Shown: positions 1 through 12,805 of the stretch, piece by piece
How the letters are laid out: each line of letters begins with the position of its first letter
Position numbering within the stretch: the stretch's first letter is position 1
From: the human T2T-CHM13v2.0 reference genome, Homo sapiens
DNA: 64,000 nucleotides
Reading direction: 5' to 3' (one strand)
NCBI RefSeq assembly: GCF_009914755.1
Contig: NC_060939.1
The notes under the pieces: generated by a model
Database searches by the model: none
Told to the model about the DNA's origin: nothing
What the model saw: only the letters and a program-made list of their open reading frames with translations
Program-made: the position numbers and the translations under genes

Positions 1-1815
1 ACAAATGGAAGGGGGAAGCTGGAGCTCTGTCCCTGTTGGTGGGAGTATAAACTGAACCAATCTTCCTGCACAATAATTTGAAAATGTCTATTAAAATCCC
101 TAAAACTGTTTTATATTATTTTCCTCCAGAAATTCTACTTCTATGAATTCAGTCATAAAATGCTTGCTCGAGTCCATTAAAATGTATATATGAGGAAATT
201 CACCTCTGGGGTGGCAATGATTAACTTAATATACATCCAGCTATTAAAAATGATGATGCCAGGATATATTTACTGCCATAGAAGCAAGCCCAAAATATAG
301 TAAGTGACAAAAGACTATATATTATGATTCTACTTTTTACAATGCTTATATGCATAAAGTATAAAAAGCAACAAACCAGAATGTTTTGAGTGGCAAAATT
401 GAAGATGTTTCTTTATATTTTGTCATCCAAATTATTACATAAAAAATGTGATTTCCTTCATAATCAGGAAGAAGTGTTATTTTCATTTACTTACATTTAA
501 ATTTCTTTCTCTTACTTTTTCTCGTGAACATATCCCATGTAGGCTAGAGAGGTAGAATCCCTGCCTCTTGAGGTCATTCAGTCCATTTTTGGAATGTGCA
601 CTACACAAAGCTGCCCCATCTTCCTTTTATTTTAAAATGTCTGGAAACATTTTTGTTTTAAATTGTTTTATTGTTCTCAGAGTGTTTTTAAAAAATATAT
701 GAAATAGAGGAAAAGGCAAAGGAAAGGCTGACTCCCCAACTTCCTGGGGCTGCTCTTCCAATTTTTGCTGCTATTGCTATGTATTAATATTCACTGGGTA
801 CTAAAAAGATGGGCAGCCCCTTAGATACTTTTTTCTTATCTCTTTCTCATAATCTCAATTCATTCCTTCATTCACTTATTCTTAAAGGGGTTATGTGTAC
901 AAATACATAGTTCAAAAAATTTAAAAATATAACTATAAAAGTATGTGGCAAAATCCCATTCATATCCTATTCTCCCTCCACAGCCAAACACTTTTAATTG
1001 GTTTCTTATGTATCATTTTGGAATTTATATTTGCAAATACACATGTATATTCTTATTCTACTCTTCTCTCTCAACACAGAAAGTAGCAGACCATATATAT
1101 TATACCATTCCTTGTTCCTTTTTAAAAACACACAAAATATATCTGAGTTCTTCTACATGAGTACATAGGTCTTTCTCATTCTTCTTTACAACTACACAGT
1201 ATTCCATCGTTTGGATGTACCATAGTTTATTGAACCAGTTCCCTGTTGGTGGACACTGAAGTCATCCTTATCATACTATCACAAACAATATTGGCAAGGC
1301 AAGCATAACCACCTACACACACCAAGTTCATTTCTGAATGTGCCTTTGATGAAGCTTCTGTTTAAATCTCCACAAGATCACAAGGCTGAAAAGTTAGCCC
1401 CTTTTTCAGTTTTCATTATGTACAGCAGTATGTAGCAAAAGACTCCCTTGAGCAAAGCAAATGTACTCTTTGAGGATTTATTTCATAAAATAAATGGATA
1501 AACAGAACACCCAGCATAACAATTTCTATTTAACAATGCATATGTATGTATACAATACATGCATATGCATAGAAAGTATAAAATAAATCCGTCAAAGCAT
1601 TAAGCATTGTCTCAGTATGCTGGACCTATGGAGTGCTTTATAGATTCCCCCTCCTTGTCTATCAGTTCTAATTTCACAACAGTGAATATGTACAATTTTT
1701 GCAATATAAAATTTCAAAAAATGTTAACTCACATTAAGCTGGATACATTCTTTCAGTCTGTCCTACATTTGTATAGTGCTCCAGTGTGTTCAAATATCAC
1801 TTCATTTTAAAATAT

Positions 1816-1951
1816 TTTTTTTCAAATATAGAGACAGACAGGGTCTTGCTCAGTCGACCAAGTTGGTCTTGAACTCCTAGATTCTCCTGGATCCTCCCAC
1901 CTCCGCCTCCCAAAGTGCTGGTATTACAAGTGTGAGCCATCACGCCCAACC
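1816..1951 (-). mobile_element. FLAM/AluJ left-monomer fragment
   Basis: Reverse-strand Alu left-arm motifs (...cctcccaaagtgctggtattacaagtgtgagccatcacgccc) preceded by a T-rich tail. Confidence 0.8.
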
Positions 1952-3990
1952 AGCTTCATTTGAGAAACCTTTCCCAAGCACTCCATATATTACTAATTAT
2001 TCCTTTCTTCATTTTTATATAGGATTTTCTTCATATCTCTATTACCTCACTTGTCACATGATAATCAGTTACTCACCCATCTGTCTCCCTTGATTGCTCG
2101 TGGGCTCCTTGAGCAATGTGCGACCTTGAACAGTGTGTGACACATACATGCTTCCTACACAGAGAAGGAAATGATTTCGCTACAGTGTCAATCATTACCA
2201 GAATTCAATACCTGTATTTCTAAATCGTTCTAGATACTCTGCCAACAACTTGAGAATGTTACGCTCTTTCCCTAAAACTTCCATCCATTCCAGCCATAGT
2301 TAACTCAATTGTGACATGCTCTCTGGCCAAGCCCATTTGTAGTTTTTTCTTTAGGTGATTTTTAATTTTAATTTTTGATTTTGATTGTTTGCTTTTTGGT
2401 ATTTTTTAATCTAGGAGTGTTTGGTAAACTTCACCATGTCTATATCTCTGTGTCTTTGCACCTGGTGGTCTCTGCTTGGAATGATGTCTCAAGGTTTTAT
2501 TCACCTGGAAAGAATTCCTACTCACCCTTAAAGACTCAGCTTAAATAACCCCTTCTCTGGTAAACCTTTATATTCTCCCATTCTTTCAGTAAGAGTTGAG
2601 AATTCCTCTACTCTTGAAATGTTTGTGCCTCTATTACTATGTATCAGGCAGTGAACTAAGCGTCTAGGATAGAAAGATGAAACGGTAGAACCTGCCCTCA
2701 TGGAGCGCATGGTCTAGTATGGAAAACAGCCATATGAACAAATAACCACACTATAATATTAAATGCAATACCAAAAGGGAAATGTATTGAATATTTGACA
2801 TGTGTCAATTACCTTGTTAGATACCTTATTAACAATTATCTATGATCATATTAGATACGTATTTGAATTGGACAGAAGGCCATGAAACTCTAGGACTGCT
2901 AGAGTTTGTTATGCTCTCAATTGTCTTCTAAAGAAACTGTCTCCTAATGGTTCTTTCTGAATATGCTATAGTCATACAACTATTGTGCAACTGTAGCATA
3001 CACAAAAAGCATATCTGTAGCATACTCATGTGACCAATAATGCATAAAACCAACCTTACTTCTTTGGCCACAAGTAACTGGACCAAGGCTCAGTGTTTCA
3101 GCTAAGGACAACATATAGGTTGAACTTCAGGGACAATCGCCAAGGACATGGCATGGCTCAAAATTCTCTCTAATAGGGGCCTTCCGTTTTTAGAAGGTGA
3201 CAGGCTAACCCAATCAGATATTCTCTCTTGGAAAATACAAATGTTGGGTGAACAAAGGAAAAGAGGGCAGGTTTTCAGAGCTCAAATCCTATCCTAAATA
3301 CTGCTAAATTAATGTTCTGTGAAGTTTTGAAAGTACTAGGGCCAAGAAACAATATGGCTACTTAGATGACTTCCCATCCAAGTTTACATTCGGCCCTCAT
3401 TACCAAAGGTGATAAGTGTGTGCCTCTTCCTTGCAACCCATCAGGGTCTAACACATCATATCGCCACTTCTGAAATTAGGAAATAGGCTCAGAAGTCCAA
3501 GAGCTTGACCAGAGTAATTCACTTGGTAGGTAGCAGAACCAGAATTCAAAGAGCAAGTCGGCGTGATTCTTCTCCAATATCCTGCCAGTTACATGGGCAA
3601 GTGGCCTCAAAATCAACAAAAGACAAGTAGAGGTTGACATGTGTCAATGGAAAGAGGCTCAAAAGGAAGAGTTTGTACACAAGAATAGAACAGAAACGTT
3701 CTGGAAGTATGTCTGGGGATGTGAAGTAGGAAGGGGCACACCAGGTTTCACCTTGGTCAAGTGACTGTCTAATTCCCCCGAGCTCCAGACTCAGCTATCT
3801 GTCTTTCTCACTCTAATATAAAATCCACAGGGCAGGACCTTAATCTCTAGCTTGTTCACCACAGATTAAAGCAGAGTCTGGCTTAATAGTAAGTGCTTAA
3901 TAAATATATGAATGAATAAATGAATGAACATTCCACATTGTTGGGGGAAGGGGTTATCATGAACCAGACCCTAGCAGTCACTTACAAATA

Positions 3991-4541
3991 CAGTTGATCC
4001 TCATTATTTGTGGATCCTATATTTGCAAATTTGCTTACTTGCTAAAATGTGTTTGTAATCTCCAAATTAATACTTGTGGAGCTTTCAAGGTGATTCATGG
4101 ACATACACACAGTAGTGAAAAATCTGTCACTCCTTATGCACGTTCCAAGCTAAGGTCAAATAAGGTGACCCTGGGCCTCCTTGTTTCAGCTCTCATACAA
4201 AGATGACCCAAGGACAGAGGCAACAGAGGGCAGTGCAGGGTAGTGCAAGAAGCTCTGGCTCTAGGACTAATTGGACGAGGTCTGAATCTTAACTCTGGCA
4301 CCTGTTAGTGAAGCAGCCTCAAGCAAATCACTTAATGCTTCTGTACTTCCTTTATTGTTTTGTAAATAAAGAAAATTCAATCTACCAAGATGAGTTGTTT
4401 TTAGGAATTAAGATTATAACCTATGTGAGATATGTGTATATGTGCATATTTTCCCTAGGAACAAGGGTTTAGTATTTCTTTAATTCAGTGTTCTAGGCAA
4501 CTTTACAGAATATAACTACTGCAAATAACGAGAATTGACTG
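3991..4541 (-). mobile_element. MER82-like TcMar-Tigger DNA transposon (non-autonomous)
   Basis: Terminal inverted repeats cagttgatcctcattatttg ... caaataacgagaattgactg flanked by TA on both sides; internal sequence resembles MER82 as I recall it. Confidence 0.7.
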
Positions 4542-5149
4542 TAATTATAAGGACATAACAGAGAAGTAGACACAACAATTATTTGGATGAGGTAGAGGCA
4601 GGCTTCAAGAAGATTTTGAAGAAATAGAATTTACCAGGCACATAAGGTATGGAAAAGGCTTGCAAGGAGAGAGAATGGCACCTACAGACAGAGGTCCAGA
4701 GGGCGGGAAAAAAAGGTCGGTTCAGGAAATGGCACTTCAGGAAGTCTAGAGCAGTAGAACATGAGGCCAGACACGGTGCCATAGTGCTTCTGCACCCTGT
4801 GTACACCCTGTACTGCAGAACCTCACTCTCTGCATTTAATCTTGGTTTCTAGTTCTCTCTTCTATTAAACTGTGAGCTCCTCAAGTTCAAAGTCTCTAAG
4901 AAATCAAAGCGAGAGTCCTCTAAATTTGCAAACAAGTTATTACTAAACACAAATACACCCAAAAAGACTGTACAAAAATAACTTTGGTTTTCAATTGCAG
5001 TCAGCAATTCACAACTGGTACACATTTGCAATTTGTCCAGGGTTTTTCGCTGATGACTGCTGTAACTCTGTCATAAACTCTTTTCATTGTTTCAGACACC
5101 CAGACATTTGTTAGAACAGTTTTAAGATCTTGCTCTTTTTAGTGTAATT

Positions 5150-5285
5150 GATTGATTGGTTGATTGACTGAGATGGGGTCTCATTATGTTGCCCAGGCTG
5201 GTTTTGAAATCCTAGGTTAAAGCAATCCTCCTGCCTCAGCCCTCCAAGTGGCTGGGATTACAGGCGCACACCGCTGCGCTGGGCT
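5150..5285 (-). mobile_element. FLAM/AluJ monomer with (GATT)n tail
   Basis: gagatggggtctcattatgttgcccaggctgg...ctgggattacaggcgc preceded by (tgat)n. Confidence 0.75.
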
Positions 5286-7425
5286 CTCGTGTGATTAATT
5301 AACAAGGCTTAAACATATGGTCCATTAGACAACGCTTCCACCTCAGAGTAAAGATTTCTTTTAATTCACTCTGACTTATTTCTCTATATGAGAGATACAA
5401 TTTACTATAGTAAAATACAAAGAAGCATATTGATATATATGTTACAAACAGGATAAGGAAAGCAAAATAATTTTTTCCACAAAAGCTTGCAAAATCCTGG
5501 CCAAAGCACAATAAACATGATGTTAAACTCACAGCTTACATTTCTCCACTGAGAGCTAGGAAAAAATAATGACAGTTTTTGTAAAGTCACAAAACTAAGC
5601 ACTGCAAGAATTTACAAGATTTTGTAAACTTGTATATTCTCCCCAACCCCATATACAACTAGCCAAAGGAGCCTATCAATCTCACCCCGATACTTCAATT
5701 TCCTCCAGCCTCCAAAATAAAACTCTCACTGTCCAATATCTCAATTTATATTTTCAAATGTCTAAAATCTTAAAATTAAGAGCAGTGCATTAGCTTTTCC
5801 CCATAAACATTTTTGGTATAATTTTACTTAGGCACAACATAGTTTGTACTGTTATCTAAAAACATATGGATAGAACCAACATGACTAGAAACCAAACGAA
5901 TATACTATGAAGACGAAAAGGGAATAGAAAATGTTGTTTTTAAACAGATTCAGTGCTGTTATTATCCACTCATAGGTTGGGTGTGATCAAATCACATTGT
6001 GCTGCACAGCTAAGTATGTCCTATATTTTATGACAAAGTAGGGTAACAAATTATTTATTGAGGGTCTGTTGGGTGCACAGAGGCATGCTAGAAGCTGTAA
6101 AAGATTTGATTCTTACCCTCAATAAACGTGCAATGTTATAGACCTACTCCCAAAACAAATAATGAGTGACGCTCTCTCAAATATATGTACAATCAAATGT
6201 GAAACGGAGGTAAAGATGGGGAAGATCTTAGGCTCAGAGATTGTATTCAGGCCTTTATGGTGGCAATCTTGATATAATTACGCATTTAAAAATAAATTGT
6301 CATCAGATCAGTCTGAAATTTATAGAGGCTTTTGTTGGTGAGAAACGTAGTTTACATAATTTACCCACAGGAATGTTTTTGATTAATGTTATCTATTAAA
6401 GACTGCAGTTCACAATATTTCCCCTGTTAATAGTACATATGTTTTTGGAGCTGATCTGGTGAAGTTCTTCCCAGAGTATCTGTATCCCGATTTTCAGATT
6501 CCATTTCATCAGTGGGGCAAATTTACAGGTCAGTATAGGACAAGTTTTAAGCATTAATGGAAAAGAGATTGTATTACATTTATATTGTCTTTCTAATCTG
6601 ACAGCCCTGAGTTTAATTTAGAAAATTCCTCTATTTTTAATTTACCTTTGTTTTGATATATTTTACTATTAGGGATCACATAAATAATTTTCCTCTTTTT
6701 CTTGACTTCCTTGTGAACTAATACATTTTCAAAAGCTTCTTGTTAACTTCTAATTACAGGTAAGTTCCGTTTTCTGTTTGCTTAACAAGCTCATTGACGT
6801 TTCATTTGCAAGCACCGTTCTTGCGTCAAATGGAAGATAACTAATGGAACATCTGTGCACAGAGGTCAATATAGGAAAGCTTAGCAGAGTGATTACTTAT
6901 TTGTTTTCTGTTAATGTCCATGCAGCTGCTCTGGGAATAAATGAAATGCAAGTACAGAGGACAAAATCATTCTAATTAGAGATTTACCTGGAACCTTTTT
7001 TAAAAATTCTATATACATGTCCTACTTCTCACCCCGCCAAAAGCTCCCCGACCTCCTTTTTTCCTTGATTCCCCACCAAATAATGGAAAAATCTGATGGG
7101 TTCATTTACTTAGTAAAAGAAAACCTTGTAAAACAAGGAGACAGAGAAACAATTTTAGTGCTAAGTATAACATGGCATATAAAAATATGTTCTACATGAT
7201 TTTAAAAGGCTTTATAAAATTATTTCTTGTTGTTTATGAAATTATTTCAAGTCTATTTGTTTTTTCAAATCTCACCATTAGAGACAAAAACTCAAAACGT
7301 GCACTGTGAATAAGGTACAAGCAAAATTTAAAAACCAATAAATTTATGAAAGATATTTTATATTTAACTTAAAAAACTTTTCAACTCAATACTCAAGTAT
7401 ATACTGAAATTACAACTATTCTTAC

Positions 7426-7539
7426 TTGAATAGATAAATATGTAACATTGTCAAAAGCATTAAGTATAGTCTGAAGATGTTTCGGAAGCAGCGAGTCATG
7501 ATTCTGATTGCATTTACCCACTTACAACAAGAACTCCAT
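7426..7539 (-). other. Candidate non-coding exon of a minus-strand duplicon transcript
   Basis: Minus strand gctctttatag|ATGGAGTTC ... TATTCAA|gtaag (canonical acceptor and donor) about 700 bp downstream of the UBE2Q2-derived exon; no recognisable protein match. Confidence 0.3.
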
Positions 7540-7823
7540 CTATAAAGAGCTGCCTTTAACTCAATCCCTAACCTAAGACCATTGATTTGGAGTAAGTAGA
7601 GTGGGTCATTCACTAATGTACTTAAAAAAACAAAATCTTGATTCTGACTCAGAGATACCTAGGTTAAGTGTACAGGACACAAAGATTTTGACTGAGGCAC
7701 AGTGTTAAAGATTCGTTAAAATATTTTGTATGCAGCACATGTTAAATTTTTTCACTATGGTAACCATACTTTTTAAGAAACTAAAGCAAAAACTGAAAAG
7801 TAAAACAGGGTAAATATCAATAC

Positions 7824-8176
7824 GGTATTAGTCTGTTTTCACGCCGCTGATAAAAGACATACCTGAGACTGGGAAGAAAAAGAGATTTAATTGGACTTAC
7901 AGTTCCACATGGCTGGGGAGGCCTCAGAATCATGGCAGGAGGCGAAAGGCACTTCTTACACAGGCAGTAAGAGAAAAATGAGGAAGAAGCAAAAGCGGAA
8001 ACCCATGATTAACCCATCAGATCTCGTGAGACTTATTCACTATCACGAAAATAGCATGGGAAAGACCGGCCCCGTGATTCAGTTACCTCCCCCTGGGTCC
8101 CTCCCACAACATGTGGGAGCTCTGGGAGATATAATTCAAGTTGAGATTTGAGTGGAGACACAGCCAAACCATATCA
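7824..8176 (-). mobile_element. THE1A-type (ERVL-MaLR) solo LTR
   Basis: Minus strand begins TGATATGGTTTGGCTGTGTCTCCACTCAAATCTCAACTTGAATT and ends ...GTGAAAACAGACTAATAC; about 350 bp. Confidence 0.9.
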
Positions 8177-8230
8177 AGAACATTATATGAAACATCCTAA
8201 ATGTCAATAAACACATTGTATTAAACATAC

Positions 8231-8297
8231 TATTTTTCTCATGTATCTGTACAATGGAATAATAGGATTGTTGGGCTCTTCCTAGATTATATGGATT
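8231..8297 (-). pseudogene. UBE2Q2P: UBE2Q2 pseudogene fragment: single 67-nt exon (penultimate coding exon of UBE2Q2), unprocessed duplicate
   Basis: Minus strand ctctttcag|AATCCATATAATCTAGGAAGAGCCCAACAATCCTATTATTCCATTGTACAGATACATGAGAAAAATA|gtatgt translates [22 protein letters not shown], versus the recalled UBE2Q2 C-terminus [25 protein letters not shown]/GT sites intact; neighbouring exons not found in the window. Confidence 0.88.
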
Positions 8298-8744
8298 CTG
8301 AAAGAGACATGTTAAATCAAAACTAATTAGGTGAAAATTATTACTATTTATGAATGCATTACCACTGTGCCTAAAAGTACACAGGAAACTGAATATTTCC
8401 ATTTCAAAAACAATTTTAACTTAATAGTCTTATTTCTCAATTATTCTCTACATTTTTATAAGAATAACAAAACCAAAATTGTACCCCAATAAAAATTAAC
8501 AAATCTAACAGTTCATTTTTATAAGTCTTCCTACCACTGGACAACTACAAAGCTTTCTGGTTCTAGAGCCTATCTCCATATTGAGAAATAAAGTTAAAGG
8601 ATGCAATCTGGATGTTAATGAAACTCAAACTCCCTTCCTCATAAATTCTATTAAAACTACAAAATATTACTTTCAGATAAGAAGATATTAAGCTTCCATG
8701 ACTACGCATATGAATGACATTTTAAGTTAGAAATCTAAAGAATG

Positions 8745-9268
<524 letters not shown>

Positions 9269-9599
9269 TAAAAATATACAATCATTTTAAGGAGCTAAAT
9301 CTAGGGTTAGTTTTGTCACCATAAGTACAACTAACCTGTACCTTAACTTCCAATTAATATACCATCAGCATTCTCTGTAGCAGTACACATCTATCTACTA
9401 TATTATGTCACAGAATTTTTTGCATAATAAATTCACACAGTACAACACTCAAAAATGTCTACATCCTAAGTGAAAACTCTCCCTTCTACTCTTGTCCCCA
9501 AACCACCCAGTTTCCTCTCATTCATTCTCCTTCCTCCACACAAGTTAACCACTATTCTTGTATGTTCTTCTTTAAGATTATACAAGAATATTCATACAT

Positions 9600-10190
9600 A
9601 GCCCATTGTTATTAGCCACTGTCCCCTGCTTTCCCTCACAAAGAGTTGCATGCTACAGACACTGGTCTGCCCCTTTTTTCATTTAACACATCTTGGAGAA
9701 TGTTCCATATCAGTACACAGAAAGCTTTACTTTTCTGTTTTAAACACTGAAATACTTCTATTATATGGATATTCAAATATTTAATCAGTCCCCTATTGGT
9801 GGACAACCACATTGTTGTCAGTATTTTGCTGTTTTACAATGTTGCAATGAGCAACATTGTACATATATCTGCTGAGTACTGGTAAAAACGTCCTAGAGTA
9901 GAGTTGCTGGGTCAAAAGATATATATGACTTTGTAATTTTGAGATATTGCTAAATTGCCCTCTACAGGACTGTATATTGTGTTTGCCCACCAGCCATCTA
10001 TAAGAGTGCCTCGATACAGCCTCACCAACACAGTACCTCAAACCTGTGTGATTTTTGACAATATTCTAAATGAAAGATGGACTCCCTGTATAGTTTTGAT
10101 TTGTATTTATACTACTGAGTGAGACTAAACATGTCTCCATTATGTTCATGAGCTATTTGTTTCTGTTTCTGTAAAGACTTTCAATATCCT
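9600..10190 (-). mobile_element. Ancient L1M (L1ME-like) 3' fragment
   Basis: Degenerate L1M 3'-end motifs (ccctattggtggaca, gagttgctgggtcaaaag, tttgcccaccagc). Confidence 0.55.
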
Positions 10191-10195
10191 TTTTC

Positions 10196-10493
10196 CTTTT
10201 TTTTTTTTTTTTTGAGGCAAAGTCTCTCTCTGTCTCCAGGCTGGACTGCAGTGGTGCGATCTCAGCTCACGGCAGCCTCCGCCTCCTGGGATTCAAACAA
10301 TTCTCCTGCCTCAGCCTCCTGAGTAGCTGGGACTACAGGCGCCCACCACCACGCCCAGTTAATTTTTGTATTTTTAGTAGAGACGGGGCTTCACCGTGTT
10401 GGCCAGGATGATCTTGATCTCCTGACTTCATGATCCACCCGCCTCGGCCTCCCAAAGTGCTGCGATTACAGGGGTGAGCCATTGCACCCAGCC
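10196..10493 (-). mobile_element. AluS
   Basis: polyT followed by a full reverse Alu dimer. Confidence 0.95.
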
Positions 10494-10929
10494 CCTTTTC
10501 CCTTTTTTTTTAAAAAAAACATGACATTACATTTACGTAAGCACTTTTCCTATTTTTCTACAGGGTAGTCCTTTTCAGCTTCTAAGAGCTCTTTAAACTA
10601 GTAAAGCCCTGCCATAATGCACCTAAAAAACTGAGATATAAAATGTGTAGTAACACATTTTCCTTAACATGAATGAAAAAGTGTTTTTTCAGTCAGTCTG
10701 TATTTTCACAAAAAGGACAAACATAAAAGATTCAGAAACAAACTGTGCATAAAAAGTACAAATACCCTGAAACTCCGAAATGATTGTGAAGCAGTCACTT
10801 CCCAACCCTACTGCCCATCACCCAAAACACTAGGAGAAAATAAGAATGTTGGCTTTTCCCAGTCTCCACCATCATTAGCAAGGTACACAAAGCCCAAGTT
10901 AAAGGAATGTTTCTGCAGAGGCTTTACTG

Positions 10930-12460
10930 TAATGTGGATTTAGCCCTTTCTATTTTTCTAACTCACTGATTTCTGCATGTATATCTTTAATAATTTCCCC
11001 CTTCTTCTTTCCTTCGGGTTTTTTGATTGTCCTCTCTGACAATGAGTTAAGAGGCTTTATTCATTTTCATTCTTTTCTTAATGACATAAGGATTTTAAGG
11101 CAATGAACATTCCTCAGAGCTCTCCTTTAGTCTCTAGTAAGTAATAATCGCATTATTGCTATTCTCTAGGTATTCTGCAGTTTTAATTTCAAATCCCTAT
11201 TTGAGCTAAGGGCTGTTGGCATGAGTTTTAAAATTCCACAAATATTTGTTTTCTGTTTTTTTTATTAACTTATAGATTTAACTAAGATCAGAGAATGACA
11301 TCTGTCCTTTTTCTACTTTTCAGTATTTGAGGTGTTCTTCATTGAAAAAGATTAGCTTCGTGAATGTTCCAGATAGGAAGAGGGGGAGAGAGAGGAATAG
11401 ATAGAAGTTTAGTATTTTAATTATGGTTCAATTCTAAGCATTTTAAAATTTCATTTGATTTTTTAAACTATGATTTACAAGGATGTTTAATTTCTAAATT
11501 CATGTAGATTTTTGTTAATCTCTTCATTATTGCCTTCTAACCTTAATTGCTTCATATTTAAATTATAAATTACATGGTGTGTATGGTACCAATTGTTTTT
11601 AAATCTTCTGAATTGCTTTATGGATTAATACATAATTAATTTTTCTCCCATAGTCCATATATGCTTGAGAAGAATATATAATATCTAATTATTGGGTACA
11701 GAGGTCTATATTTGTCCATTATACCATGCCCGTTAAATGGTTATTCAAATCTACATATGGACATTCTGTTTAACTTATTTATGGTAAGCAGGGTATGTTG
11801 AAATCTCTAAATATGATAATGGACTTGTCAATTTCTCCCTGCGGTTTTATCAGTTTTTCCTCTGTATTTTGAGGCTATTTTGATAGGTACATAAAATACA
11901 AAAATTGCTACATCCTCCTAATTAACAGACTTTTATCATCACATTGTTACTAATGCTTTCTGTTCCAAAATCCTATTTTGTTTGATACTAAAGCTACATC
12001 ACTTGTTTTTGGTTAATGTATACTGGCATATCATTATCACTCTCTCTCCTTTATAAAAACTTTCAATATTTTTGTATCCTTATATTTTAAATATAATAGA
12101 TTAAAACAGCTGGATTTTGTTTTACTAATTCAATCTTTCTAACTGGTAACTTTAGTCCATTTACATTTGTTGTGACTGATTTATGTGGACTTGCTTCTAT
12201 AACCCTTAGAGCTTCTATTTCTCTCACTTTCTAATATAATTTTATTATCTCCTCCTAGGATTCCACTAGGACATATTTTAGACCTCATTCTGCTCTCTCT
12301 CTCCCCATCTCCACCTCACCACCTTCTGCCCTATCATCTATCCTCATGTCTTGCTGTGTAACATTCTGACTTATTTTTTGGAGATGATTGTCTAATCAAT
12401 TAATTCTCTCTTCTGATGTCTAATCCATCTACTGAGTTTCTTATTTCAACAATTACATTT
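10930..12460 (-). mobile_element. Ancient L1M internal fragment
   Basis: T-rich degenerate reverse L1 body motifs (gcttgagaagaatatata, gtatgttgaaatctc, ggacttgtcaatttctcc, tttagtccatttacattt). Confidence 0.55.
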
Positions 12461-12464
12461 TGTA

Positions 12465-12805
12465 TTTATTTTATTTTGAGACAGAGTCTCACTCTGTCAC
12501 TCAGGCTGGACTACAGTGGCATGAACATGCCTCAGTGCAGCCTTGGTCTCCTGGGCTCCAACGATCCTCCTACCTCAGCCTCCTCACCTCCCACCTCAGT
12601 AGCTGGGACTACAGGCATGTGCCCCATACCAAGCTAATTTTTTTTTTCTTTTTTTGGCGACGGGGGGCAGGGTGGGAGTTATCTTTTATAGAAACGAGTT
12701 CTCACCACGTTCCCCAGGCTGGTCTCAAACTCCTGGTCTCAAGCCATCCTCCTGCCTCAGTCTCCCAAAGTGCTGGGATTACAAGTGTGAGCCACCATAC
12801 CCAGC
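12465..12805 (-). mobile_element. AluJ
   Basis: Reverse Alu dimer with J-type features (ctcctgggctc, aagccatcctcctgcctc). Confidence 0.9.

Noticed and set aside
6426-6515. Minus-strand frame TDEMESENRDTDTLGRTSPDQLQKHMYY* that looks like a protein C-terminus followed by UTR-like DNA
   Set aside because: No match to UBE2Q2, FBXO22 or any protein I recognise; no convincing acceptor
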